NCBI RefSeq assembly: GCF_006345805.1
Contig: NC_042999.1
Location: 170,934,001 to 170,998,000 of the forward strand
From: Octopus sinensis
Lineage: Eukaryota
Reading direction: 5' to 3'
DNA length: 64,000 nucleotides
Each line of letters opens with the position of its first letter. The first letter of the stretch is position 1. Under the pieces are notes generated by a model, which was not told the DNA's origin, searched no databases, and saw only the letters and a program-made list of their open reading frames with translations. Positions 24,670 to 37,320 of the stretch are shown piece by piece. Made by a program: the position numbers and the translations under genes.

Positions 24670-25010
24670 AAGAAGCTGGCAGAATCGTTAGCACACCTGG
24701 GTCGACTTTGCTTTCATCCTTTCGGGGTCGATAAATTAAGTAACAGTTACGCACTGGGGTCGATGTAATCGACTTAATACGTTTGTCTGTCCTTGTTTGT
24801 CCTCTCTGTGTTTAGCCCCTTCTGGGTAGTAAAGAAATAGTTATTTCGTTTGTGTTTAACGTTCTGAGTTCAAATTTCGCTGAGGAAGACCTTGCCTTTC
24901 ATCCATTCGAGGTCGATTAATTAAGTACCAGTTGCGTACTGGGGTCGATCTAATCGACGATCCCCCTTCCCCAAAATGTTGGTCCTTGTGCTTAGAGAAG
25001 AAAAGATTAG
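24670..25010 (+). mobile_element. tRNA-derived SINE family B (Nin/Deu-domain-like), two modules
   Basis: Two copies of gcctttcatcc(t)ttcg(g/a)ggtcgat.aattaagta.cagtt, matching the conserved Deu/Nin SINE core. Confidence 0.8.
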
Positions 25011-25496
25011 AAAGAAGCATCTTCTAGCTTTCTTTAGTAGATATATTTAATAAAGCAAAGCTTAACTATGCATACATATAAACACTATATTGACAGATAG
25101 CCCGTCAAATAAATTCACTTCGTAGATATATCAATTTTGTATAAAATTCTATATTTCTATAAAATTCGAAGTATATAATTTCGTATACTTATTTTAGTGG
25201 TCAATATAACCGTAGTGGCTACGTATCTTTAAGTTCTAGTCCTTATATGCTATTTGAATGAAACTAGGAATTTAAAATATTAGAATCTTTGTCCTTATAT
25301 GTTTCTTGTATACCTTCATGTATATCTGATATATTAAGAAACTAAATTTTATGAGTTATTTATTTATTTCACAGTAGTTGCAGAATCCAGTAAGTTGACA
25401 GGAAGATATACTTTAGAACTAAATGTATTTTGTAGTAAAATACATTATTTCAGTTTTATATGCCTGTTACATATTGGTTTCACATTTTGACACAAA

Positions 25497-26105
25497 GCTA
25501 GCAAGTGCATCAACCCTGATGCTCAACTGGTACTTTTTTCATCGGCCCCGAAACAATGGAAGGCAAAGTCGACCGTGGCGGAATTTGAACTCAGAAGTCA
25601 AAGGCGCTGGATATGCCACTAAGCCTTTTGTCTGCGCGGTAACGATTCTGTAATATCACTGCCTTAGATACCTATTACATATTGGCTTCAAAATTTGGCA
25701 AGTTCGGGAATGAGTCGATTACATCGACCACAGTGTTCAACAGGTACTTATTTTATCGACCGCTAAAAGGATGAAAAGCAAATTTGATGCCGACGACGTT
25801 TGAACTCAGAATGTTAAATCGGAAGAAATGCCGCTAAGCATTTTTCTGCCACTTTACGATTGTGCCAGGTCACCGCCCATATGCCTATTAAATACTGATT
25901 TAAAATTTTGGCACAAGGCCAGTAATTTTAGGGAATCGGTTAAGTTGATTACAACGACCCAGTTTTCAACTGGTGATTATTTTATCGACACCGACGGATG
26001 ACAGGCAAAGTCAGCCCCGGCGAAATTTGAACTCAGAAGGTGAAGACAGACGAAATGCCGCTAAGTATTTTGTCCGGCATGCTAACGATTCTGCCAGCTC
26101 CCCAA
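25497..26105 (-). mobile_element. Three tandem degenerate family B SINE copies
   Basis: Repeated tttatcgac..ggatgaaa.gcaaa..tttgaactcagaa..aaatgccgctaag at ~25540, ~25750 and ~25980. Confidence 0.8.
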
Positions 26106-26349
26106 CTTCTATGCTTCTTACATATTAACACTACATTCTTCATTTTCAACAGAGATTTCGTGTAACTATACTTTTCATTGGGTGTAAATATATTTACATT
26201 ACAAAAAAAAGTCTATATATCTCTTGTCTCGAAATCGTTTTCGAAGACCGGTTATTAGGTTTCATTTAGTGATACTAATCCAGAGATATATATAATTTCG
26301 CATAGTTGATCGCTCTATCATTGTGTAGAAAAGGCATGAAAAAATTGTT

Positions 26350-26585
26350 TCAACCAGCGGGCCGCATGAGATATTAATCTTCTTAAGTCATGCGAAACCA
26401 CTATAAAAAAGATTTAAGTAAAATCACATTTGACTCTTTTATATGATTTACTCCGACTATTTTATAACATTTTAATTAAAGCAGATATCTTAGCAATTTT
26501 AGTAAAAAAAAAAAAAACTACGATGCTTGTATCATCATAAAATCTAGTGTGACATGTAGAAAGATAGACGGGCCGCAGGTACTCC
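26350..26585. mobile_element. Possible hAT-type non-autonomous remnant
   Basis: Two (g/a)cgggccgca subterminal-like motifs at ~26358 and ~26569. No clear TIR or TSD found. Confidence 0.3.
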
Positions 26586-27338
26586 TTGTGTACTTTAGAA
26601 TGATATTTTGCCTCTGTCCAGTAGCCGTTTCAAAAAGTCCATTACAGCTTTTCAGTAGAGTCAAAGCAACAGAGCATAAGCAAAGAAAAGCCGATGATTT
26701 GATATCACTACCTATGAGCAGGTAAGCCAATGATTCTCTACATATATACACACACATGAAATTATGTCTACGTCCCAAGTATAGTGACTGCTTTGTTAAA
26801 ATGTATAATTAAGATTATCTCCTTTGTCCGTAACAATAGTAGCCTATTGAATTTTAAGCTGGGAGCCGTTAAGACACATTTTGAATTTATGTTGTAAAGA
26901 GAAATTTAAAAAAAATCAATAAATGAAACCTTTTCCTTGAATGTGCCATGATGAACTATAAAGAATTTGCTATAATAGATAATCAACGTTTGAAATGTCA
27001 CATTAGCCTTTATTTTCATTCTAGTCAGGTTTCTCTCTGCATAGCACTTGAAACACCTGCAGAGTAATCAATATATAGTCGTTTATTTTTCAAACACCAA
27101 ACTCTCTTGCTTGGTGCTGGTTGACTATTTTGATTTACATGCTTCAGGTTTTCGTGAAGTCTTATCGGATAAAGCATGGCGCTTAATGAGAAACTCGATA
27201 AAATAGATTTGTTGATTTAACGAGAATTTCGTTTGATGTAGTTTAAAGGTGACGCATACGTTCACCCTTTTTCACTAATAGCTAGTTTAGTATAAAAGAA
27301 AACACTGTCGACTTAGTAAACAAAATCAACCGTCTCAC

Positions 27339-27361
27339 ACTACTACTACTACTACTACCAT

Positions 27362-27396
<35 letters not shown>

Positions 27397-27397
27397 G
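27339..27397. repeat. (CTA)n microsatellite
   Basis: Direct reading. Confidence 0.95.
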
Positions 27398-29169
27398 CGG
27401 AAAACTCTTTCAAAAGCACATAAATACATATATATGTAAGCACAACTCTTAATACCTACAGACATAAATTCTTAATGTTGTTATTCTTAGTTTTCTGGCG
27501 ACTACTAAAATTAAAATGCCTTTCATACATTGTTAATGATACTACTACAATCATCTCTATCAGTGCTACCGTTATCAATGGTACTGTTACTGTTTCCGCT
27601 GATTATAATTATACTGCGTATATCATATCGTAATTGTAACAATCTCAATGATATTTTTACTTTCATATTTTTAATAACTTTTACGCCAGAGTAAACCGCA
27701 CGATTACATATATACAAATAAACTGTATATGCCAGTGTATAAGCCAATTAAATACAGAAGACAATCTCACAATTTCCTTTTTTTAAATGTAGGCTTTGAG
27801 CTATGCTCGCTGTATATGACTACTTGACAATATTTCGCACTTGGTGCGGTAGTTGGAAGGTAATTCAAAGAGAGACAAATGTCTCTGTTACTTTTGTAAT
27901 TGATTTTACGGAAGCATGGTTTAATATATTTTCAACCAAGACCAACATTACTAACATACTTAATTATCCCTTGCATGTATTCTTTTCACTCAAGTACTAT
28001 TAGGCCCAACACCGTTTGGAAATCGGTGTTCATTCAAAGTCAGTGATCAGCTCTGTCGATACCGGTATGATTTTCAAATCTCTATAAGGATTCGTTAGTT
28101 AACCCTTTGACTAATAAAATATAAAGAAGTGGAACACAGTGACCGTTTTAATTTTTAGTAAAATGGCACTCCCGAGAGAAAAACCAAATACTTTTTTAAC
28201 TCAGGAGTTCACAACAAGAATCTTCCAAACTAAATGCCGAACAAAATGAGACCTATGTGTATGTGTGTATGCGTCTGTGCGCGCCTGTGTGTGTTTGTTT
28301 GTGAGTATGTGTGTATCTGTGTGTATGTTTACGTGTGTTTTAATGTCTATGTATATTTAGTTTCTTTTTGTATATTGATAGGTGAACGGAGAGAAAAGTA
28401 ACGTGAATTTTTTCCCATCTATAAACTAATGATAATGGTAAATAGAAATAATTAAAGAAGCAGGGAGATTTAATTTAAGAAGCTGTTTTCTAAATGGTTA
28501 AATATAAACAATATACTTCTGGTGTGGGTTGTTTTGATGATAGTAAGGTTAAAGAAAATCGATCGATTTTAAATATGAGATACTAGCTCTTTGAAAATAA
28601 TGACTAAATTATTTACCATGTCAACGAGTACTTAGAATATTTTAAAATTCTCTGTGTTCTAAATTGAACTACTTGTAATAAATATTATCTCTCCTCAATC
28701 TTTCTTCATTAACATGTATATATGGCAGAGAGATATATTATAGATTCTACAGGAAAGAATTAGTACATTTCTTAATTTTTATAGGAAATCTCATTTTACC
28801 TTTTTGGGATGGATGCATGAAAGAATTTGACAAGGTTCAAATGTTCGTCGGTAGGCTGCTCAGTGTGGCGGGGATGATTTCCGTAAAGCTCCGGTTGTTA
28901 AAACACCTGAAATTTATAGACAGGCGAGACAACTCGCCTTAAATCCCATCACTCCTGAGTGGGATTTTCAGCGAGTTGGCTCACCTCTCTATGACTTTCT
29001 AGTGTTTTAACATTCAGCGCTTCGAGGGAGTCATCCCCAACACGTTAACGCAGGCTACCGGCAAACAAGCAAGCCTCGTATACTGAGTATGTGTAATCTA
29101 TAATGTTTACAACACTAGCGCTGCTTCAAATACATATTTGAATTATTTTAATCAGTTATCTTTAGTACT

Positions 29170-29340
29170 CTGGGCAAGATGTTTTGAAACATTTCGTACG
29201 TCTTCACATTCTGAGTTCAAATTCCGAAGGAGTCCGACTCTGCCTTTCTTTTCTTTCGGGGTCTATAAAATAAGTAAGCACTTGGGCCGATGTAATTGAC
29301 ATATTCCCTCCCCCGGAAATGCTGGCTTCGAGTCAAATTA
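29170..29340 (+). mobile_element. Degenerate family B SINE
   Basis: ttctgagttcaaattcc..gactctgcctttc..tttcggggtc.ataaaataagta. Confidence 0.7.
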
Positions 29341-29569
29341 GTTTATGCAATATTAATTACTTAATGCATATACCTTTTTGAAACAGGATTTAATTCCAGG
29401 TCATTAATTAATAAGATATCTTAGATATGTCTTCCGTAAGCTAAAGATATGAAAGCTTTTTCCATATGGATTTAGCTTAGCACTGAAACATAAATCTCTC
29501 CAATTATTCAAACCTTCATATTATTCCTTATTATTACAATTGTTATTATTGTTGTTATCATTGCTCATC

Positions 29570-30925
29570 TTATCATTTGTAGCTGTGTCAAGAGAGGCTA
29601 TGTGTTGGGCCTGTCTAGTTGAGCCTGTCTAACTATCTAGTTGAGTTTTCAATAGAGTTAAATGTGGAGATGAAGGTGTTATACACTAGTGTCCTTATCG
29701 AAAGTTAGGTGAGAGTGGCAAGGCTGGTGAATCTGAAAATATCCCGCAGAACTTCCATACATATAGAGCTTGTCTGTAACCTCCACTCAACAGCTGCTGA
29801 CAGCTGATGGACCATCTGAAAAGCAGAACACACCCCTCCACAGAAAGCGGAAAGGCAAGCGCTCTAGCTTCATCAGCCACGAAGTAGGGCAAGGGACGCT
29901 GTCAAGTGGTAATAGGTGATGGAAGCGATGTAGGAAAGTGTCACCTCTGCTCGATCTTTCAGGGATAGTTACTTCTGCCCATTTCTGGGTGAGACTGGCT
30001 ACAATGCTCGTTACTTCCACCAGTATCTTGTCTCCTGGAGGTCAGGGCCAAACTATGCCCCTGCCATTTTAACCAGTACTTCGGACCAGTGCTCGACAAT
30101 GCTGTCGGAAGGCAGGGACCTGCTTCTCTAGACCAACCGACTTCTGATTAATCTTTGCTCCTATCTCTGCTTCATACACTTTTAGGATAGTGCCCATCAC
30201 CTTGTTTTCCGAGATGTCCGCCACTATTACGGTTGCGTCGTCCGAGTAAGCCGACACGAACCTTCCGCATCCCAGTTCACGCGGGATGTTGCTCGAAATC
30301 ACCAGTCTCCGTAGCAATGGTTCGAGATCCAGCGCGTACAGAAGAGGCGAGATTGGACATCATTGAACGACCGAACTCGTGATGTTAAACGACTCCGATA
30401 GGTGGCCTTTTACTTTAACCACCGAACTGATTCACTGTACATTTCTGTGATCGAGCCTCTGAAGACAAGATCGAGACCGGCTTCCGAGAAGACAGCCTGG
30501 AAATAATGGTGGTCGACCCGATGAAAAGCCTTTGATTGGTCCAAATTGATCAGGGGCCTACCCATGGCAGTTTCCTTACCTATCTTCTGTAAGATGTAAA
30601 ACATGTGGTGGAGGTTACCGTGGATAGATCTGTTTGAGATAGTACATGCCTGCGCATCACTGACCAGTTTATCAACACGTGCAAATCTTTTGCTTAACAC
30701 CTAGACAAAAATCTTGTAATCTGCGTTCAGCAGAGTTGAGGGCCTAAAATTATCCGTTTTGGCCCCCTTTCCGGGTTCTTTCTCGGGAGCATCGCCACGG
30801 GTCACAACATTAGAAATTAACCTGGTCTGCTGCCAGTTGAGATAGACATCATCCAAGAGATCACCGAACAAGTGTGGCATAAGACGCTAAACCTCGAAGG
30901 GCAGATCATCCAACCCCGTGACGTT
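29570..30925 (-). mobile_element. L1/Tx1-clade LINE ORF2 (RT) fragment, decayed and internally deleted
   Basis: TGLDDLPFEV..FGDLL..NWQQ, DNFRPSTLLNADYKIF, LINLDQSKAFHRVDHHY, CPISPLLYALDLEPLLRRL, SAYSDDATV. Confidence 0.88.
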
Positions 30926-30964
30926 TTTGTGGAGGTAGTTATCGCATTCTGTATGTCTTCGCAT

Positions 30965-31003
<39 letters not shown>

Positions 31004-31081
31004 GCGCGCGATTAAGCACAAAGGCAAAACATAGGGAAAATATAGCACTCGAATGCCGAACGTAGAGTAATATGCTTTTTT

Positions 31082-31245
31082 TTTTATTAAAGCTGCAAAA
31101 ACATCACAAAAGAACTGTTACTCAGAATATCAGGTTTCCGTTCGTCGGACTGTAGTAATCAAGAATCTTGATCACAACTGCACGACGAACGGAAACGTGA
31201 AACTCTGAGTAACAGTTTTGCGATGTTTTTGCAGCTTTAATAAAA
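31082..31245. mobile_element. Foldback (~65-bp imperfect arms), related to the 20255-20405 family, probable PLE pLTR
   Basis: Arms 31082-31147 and 31183-31245 are reverse complements. Shares aactctgagtaacag / tgttactc.gag and gctttaataaa with the 20.3-kb copy. Confidence 0.7.
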
Positions 31246-32269
31246 ATGTAAGTATATATATGTGAGTGTGTATATGTGCGTTTGTGTGCGTTTGTATGTG
31301 CGTGTGTGCGTGTGTGAGTGAGTGAGCGTGTATGTGTGTGTGTGTAGGCACGCGTCTGTGTGTGGCATGTATTTGAATAACAGAGAAATACCGATTTGCT
31401 AAATCCCTCACAACGAAAAGTTTCGATTCATTTAGATTATCTCCGGTTCAAGATGTATCATTCTTACAAATTGTATTTGACATGCTGATATGCAAATACA
31501 TGCCACTGATTACTTCGAATTATTCCTCTCAGCTCATTTTGTTTAAGCTTAGCTCATTAACTAGGTCATTACTGTTTTCAGCGCTCATTAGTATTAGTGT
31601 AAGCTCTCTGGCTACTGACGATTCTCGTGCAGATGCAGGCTACTAAACCAGAAACAGGTGTCCACGATTGTCCTCGTATCTCCAGACAATAAGCTTGTGA
31701 AATGCCTATACAATTTGGAATATTCTTGAAATTTAAGATGTCCCACTTCTCAAATGGAGCTGGTCATAATTGCCATATGGTAATTAAAATGAATCCTATA
31801 GAGACGGATATGATTTTTTGTTGTAAGGTATTTAGCACAGCGGTATTTGTCAGCGCGCCCACACATCGTTCGATTTCGATCTTACTGAGAGTAGTTATCA
31901 GATCGCTGGTCGTCAGCGTGCGATGGGCTAGCAATGTACGCTGTAGGAATATTAAATTAATATTGCAATTTTATCAGTCACATGCTTAATTAATGTAATC
32001 GCAATTGCATAATGATATCAGGTATTCAGCAACTTTAGGCCAGTGGTAACATTATCTGCACATCTTGCAGTGAAGAAATATAATAAATGAATGTTAATGG
32101 ACAAGGGTAGTTTAATGCATGTTGTCAATGTTTCAATAGCTTGACAATTTTATTCGCAATCATTTGTATAACTTAATCCAAAATCGCCAGCCATTTCCTC
32201 AAACATATTTAAACTACCACAAAATAGAAATCGATCGTGAGTGTGTGTTTATACATACATACATACATA

Positions 32270-32935
32270 CATACATACACATATTTGTTAAACAGGACAA
32301 CAAACACTAAGGCAAAACAAACATCTCAAGTCATATACGTTATTTATTATTAAAAAATTTAAAGTTTTACAGATATTTTTCTGGGATATCTCAAAGTATG
32401 GGATATTCTGTCATCGGAGACAAATAGGGAAAATGTGAAGGGTATAGATTAAGGAAAGGATGAAATAAAGAAATAATGAAGGAAAAAGAAACATAAAAGT
32501 TCACAGTTCAACTTTCCGATGGTGCAGATCCTAGTCCATGTCTTTAGGTACAATCCTTAGTAAACCCAGGTATGATTAGTGTCAATATAGTGTAAATATT
32601 CAGAAGGAAACGTGACCATATCGATGGTTCATAAAACAACGACGGCAGAAGTGGATATTGAGATAAAGAAAGGAAAAAATGAATAGAAAGAGAGAGGTAT
32701 GCGTAGGGAATTTGAAGTTACAGAGAGAGGAGGAGGAATACAATTGACAGGGCAATGGCAAGGATTGGTAGGAAGAATAAAATAAAGAATAAAAATATAT
32801 AATGGAAAAAAATAAACAAGAAGATAAATAAAGAAATATACAAGGGCAAATAAGGGGAGAAGGGGATGGTAAAAGAAGATAAAGTAAAAAAAAAATACAA
32901 ATTAAAGTAAAATACGATGAAATGAAAGGGATTCA
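32270..32935 (-). mobile_element. Probable Penelope-like element 3' fragment
   Basis: Minus strand gives a degenerate F*IFTL.DT..PG motif, like PLE GIY-YIG C-termini, next to a pyrimidine-rich tail. Weak. Confidence 0.4.
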
Positions 32936-32939
32936 AAGA

Positions 32940-33080
32940 GAACAGCTAGAAAAATGAGCATTGTTTCGAACTGCAAGAATTCTTGGTAGGGTTCTTGAAG
33001 CATGACCAGTAAATAAGTGTCACCGCAGTCTGCTTGCTTTGGACAGCTAACACGGCCAAAATAAGCTGTGAGTTTTCATA
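32940..33080 (+). mobile_element. 3' tip of an R4-clade LINE
   Basis: QLEK*ALFRTARILGRVLEA* resembles the R4 ORF C-terminus (QK.ALLGTA.ILR..L). Confidence 0.65.
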
Positions 33081-33159
33081 TATTATTATTATTATTATTA
33101 TTATTATGATTATTATTATTATTGTTGTTGTTATTGTTGTTGTTGTTGTTGTTATTAGT

Positions 33160-33664
<505 letters not shown>

Positions 33665-33671
33665 GTTGTTA

Positions 33672-34045
33672 TTAACCATAGGATCATGAGGATCATGGCA
33701 AAAAGCCAGAAGATTAGAAGATTTGAGAACAGAAAGAAAAAGTCAGAGGAGAACGGGAGTGTTCAAAATTAACCCGAAGCAATTCTTCCGAACGTTAGAA
33801 AGGGACAATGGGGGAAAACGTTACTCCTGATGCAAATTAAGCCAAGCAGTTCTATAGCGGATTATGGAGAAACAATGTGGTGCATAAAAGCGGATGCAAT
33901 GTGGATAAGAACTATCAAGACAGAAATACAAGGAGGAAATAAACAAAGAAATATTGTTATAAGTACGGGTGATGTGAAAGAACAAGTGGGTAAAGTGCCT
34001 AACAGGAAATCCCCCGGACCAGATAAACTTTATTTCCAGTTCGAA
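33672..34045 (+). mobile_element. R4-clade LINE internal fragment (pre-RT region)
   Basis: AKSQKIRRFENR..VFKINPKQFFRTL..KVPNRKSPGPDKL parallels AKATRIARYEKR..FKNNTKNFYRKI..KSPGKDK of the full-length copy. Confidence 0.75.
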
Positions 34046-35345
34046 ATGTACAAGACATCAACCAATACCTTAACATTAAGAAAAAAATAGAAGATTCGAA
34101 ACACGGTGTTGGATTACTTAAATGACACACTGCATTTCTCGCTTCACACCATGACACAACATACGGCAAACCAGTCACTCTTACCCGAAGACATACATTC
34201 GGTAGTATCAATGTTTACAAAACAGTTTGGAGAACTATTAGAAAATATCCATCGCTTGTCGATTGATCCTTCCATCGCAATTGGTTCAATCACATTTGAT
34301 TTAATTTCAAACTGAATTCGAAACAACTTGACAGAGGTTAACATTCTCACCTAAACATATTCAAAGCATGCACCAGTAACACTATGAAGCACAAGTGGGA
34401 AAAAGCTTCCAAGAGAAAATCATTATGAAAATCAAAAGAGTCCATTAAAAAAACACTCAGTAAAAATACTCCCACTAACAGCACTCACAACAACAGAATT
34501 ACTTCAGTGAAGACATATCTGCAGAGCAGGATGAAAACATACACCAACAACCAAAGATCTGCATAGGAAAACAAGATTATTTAAAAAAATCAAATGCAAC
34601 CTCAAAGTATTCCATTCATTTGACAACAAATAAAGGGTCGTTGTTCCACTGGTAGATGATAACTGGATTCTGCACTATCATGCGTAAGAAATTACAGTGA
34701 TCGTGGTGAAACAATATTATTTCGTTTTCAGCGATTCCTTGACCTGGAATATTTAATACACTCAAACCCCAACATGTCTCTTATATAACTGTCACTGCCT
34801 CAGACATCATTGGAGCAATAAACAAAACCACGGATTCTACTATTATAGGCAGAATAATTTAGTTTTCAACATCATAATTTTTAATAATTGTGCTTTAGAA
34901 ACATTCCGGATGTCTTCTTCTAAAACTGTCCATAATTTTGCAAAGTTGTATTAATCCCGTGGAAAATCTAAACCGTAAATGTGATTGGAGATTAAATATA
35001 CATGTGTTAGGATATAACCTCATATTTCTAATACGAATTATAATGTTAGAATATGATTTCTTCGTGTGCGTACAGACGGATTTCAATCTGTGTAAAGAGA
35101 AATTTTATACAGTAGCACGTCTTTTATTATGAACGCTTGAATAAAATGTTGAGCTGTCATACTCACATTGAAACATAATAACCATAATAAGCATTGTGTA
35201 TAAATGGCCCCAAACAGTAACTATGTGCCATTGATAAATGCATATATATGTATGTATGTATGCCCGCACGTATGTATGTGTATACAATTCTTGTACACAC
35301 AGATGCACACATAATACACTCATACACAGATTAAATTTGTAAATA

Positions 35346-35610
35346 GGCGCAGGAGTGGCTGTGTGGTAAGAAGCTTGCTTCCAATCCACATGGCACTGGG
35401 TTCAGTCTCACTGCTTGACACCTTCGGCAAGTGTCTTCTAGATATAGTTGACTGAAACTGAAAGAAGCCCGTCGTATATGTATGTATTTGTGTATCTGTG
35501 TTTGCCCCTCCACCGCTTGAAACCGATGTTCGTGTGTTTACGTCCCCTTTAAGTTAGCGGTTGGCAAAAACGACCGATAGAATAAGTAATAAGCTTACAA
35601 TGAATAAGCA
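35346..35610 (+). mobile_element. tRNA-derived SINE family A, internally deleted
   Basis: ggcgcaggagtggctgtgtggtaag..gggttcagtc head, followed by the family A body. Confidence 0.88.
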
Positions 35611-36129
35611 TATATATATATATATATACATACATACACACACACATCGGGTATTTGAGAATTCTTCAAATTTTAATCATGTTTAGTCTACACTCCATTA
35701 TGAATTCCTTTTTTGAACAGATTTTTGAAAACTCAGAATATATTTTGCAGGACACTATTCAGACTATAATTTGAAGATTATCTTATCCTTGAGATATCAG
35801 TAAAAAATCTGGAAGAAAACGGATGGAAAATTCTAAAAGGAATACATTTATTATATTGTAATAGAAATTGAATTAAGAGATATTTTAGTTTAGTAAATGA
35901 AACATGCAACTCTTAATGGTGTGTAAATAATCTACAGCACCAAAACTTACGTTACGTTATAAAATACAGTTTAAAGATAAAGATTAGAATAAGAAAAAAA
36001 ATATTATCAATGGATTACATTTCTATTATTTGCACCAATGGTTTTGTTTCGTTTGAATGAATACAAGGAAACATTTTATTTTGAGGAATAGTCAAAATTA
36101 AACCTGTTTCAAAATATTACCCATAATAA

Positions 36130-36670
36130 GGCGGCGAGCTAACAGAAACGTTTGCTCGACGGGCGAAATGCTTAGCGGTATTTCGTCTGCCGCTACGTTC
36201 TGAATTCAAATTCTGCCGAGGTCGACTTTGCCTTTCATCCTTTCGGGGCTGATAAATCAAGTACCAGTTGCGCACTGGAATCGATATAATCGACTTAGTC
36301 CGTTTGTCTGTCTTTGTTTGTCCCCTCTGTGTGTAGCCCTTTATGGGCAGTAAGGAAATAGATATTTCGTCTGCCGTTACGTTCTGAGTTCAAATTCCGC
36401 CGATGTCAACTTTGCCTTTCATCCTTTCGGGGTCGATTAAATAAGTGCCAGTTACGCACTAGGGTCGATATAATCGACTTAATGCGTTTGTCTGTCCTTG
36501 TTTGTTCCCTCTGTGTGTAGACTCTTGTGGGCAGTAAATAAATAAGAAACGTTAGCATGTCGGACAAAATGCTGAGCAGCATTTCATCTGCCTGCACGTT
36601 CTGGGTTCTAATTTCACCGTGGTCGACTTTGCTTTTCATGTTTTCGGGAGTCGATAAATTAGGTACCACT
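36130..36670 (+). mobile_element. Family B SINE with three tandem Nin/Deu-like modules
   Basis: Head ggcggcgagct.acagaaacgtt, then acgttctg.gttc.aatt..gtc.actttgc.tttcat at ~36195, ~36380 and ~36597. Confidence 0.88.
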
Positions 36671-36729
36671 TGAACACATTACCGTCTTCGTGAGTATGAC
36701 TCCCTCATTTTTGCCGCTCGTCACTGTAA

Positions 36730-37320
36730 ACAGCAAGGTCATAGAAGAGATAGATATCTACGTGTTCCTGGGAAAGATGGTGACAAAATCCAGAAATCTC
36801 CCGAAAATCAAGAGATTAGAGCTCAGTTATACGGCCTTGTGAGAAGTTCGAAGGTTTTGACGAATATTAAAAGAAAAATCTTCAACGATACATCCTGCCA
36901 ATGATTTACGGCAGTGAAACATGGGCTCTTAACGCTACCATCACGAATGCCCTTATTGTAACGCAACGGGAAATGGAACGAATCAAGTTCGGTATCACAC
37001 CACGGGACAAGAAAACCAACGCTTGAATTCGACAGCACAGGAAGTCAACGACATCATAAGAACTGTCATGAAGAACAAATATAGATGAGCAGACCACATC
37101 GCGCGACTGAAGGAAAACAGATGGACAATTAGGGTGACGGAATGGACACTAAGACAATGGACGAGATCAAGAGGCCGCCGGCCAGAGATAAGCTAGCGCG
37201 ATCATATCACCTGATATCTAGAGCCTAGATTGCTACGAATGGCCAGAGAAATTCTACAGCGGTGGTAAGATCCCAAGGAGGGGTTCCTCCATCAGTAACG
37301 ATGAAGCCCTGGATACTGGA
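36730..37320 (+). mobile_element. RTE-clade LINE 3' fragment
   Basis: IEEIDIYVFLG..KRKIFN..ILPMIYGSETWAL..QREMER..ADHIARLKENRWT..SRGR. Confidence 0.88.

Noticed and set aside
34080-34700. Possible Penelope ORF N-terminal remnant
   Set aside because: A-rich and coding-like, but I could not find a diagnostic motif, so it was left unannotated.
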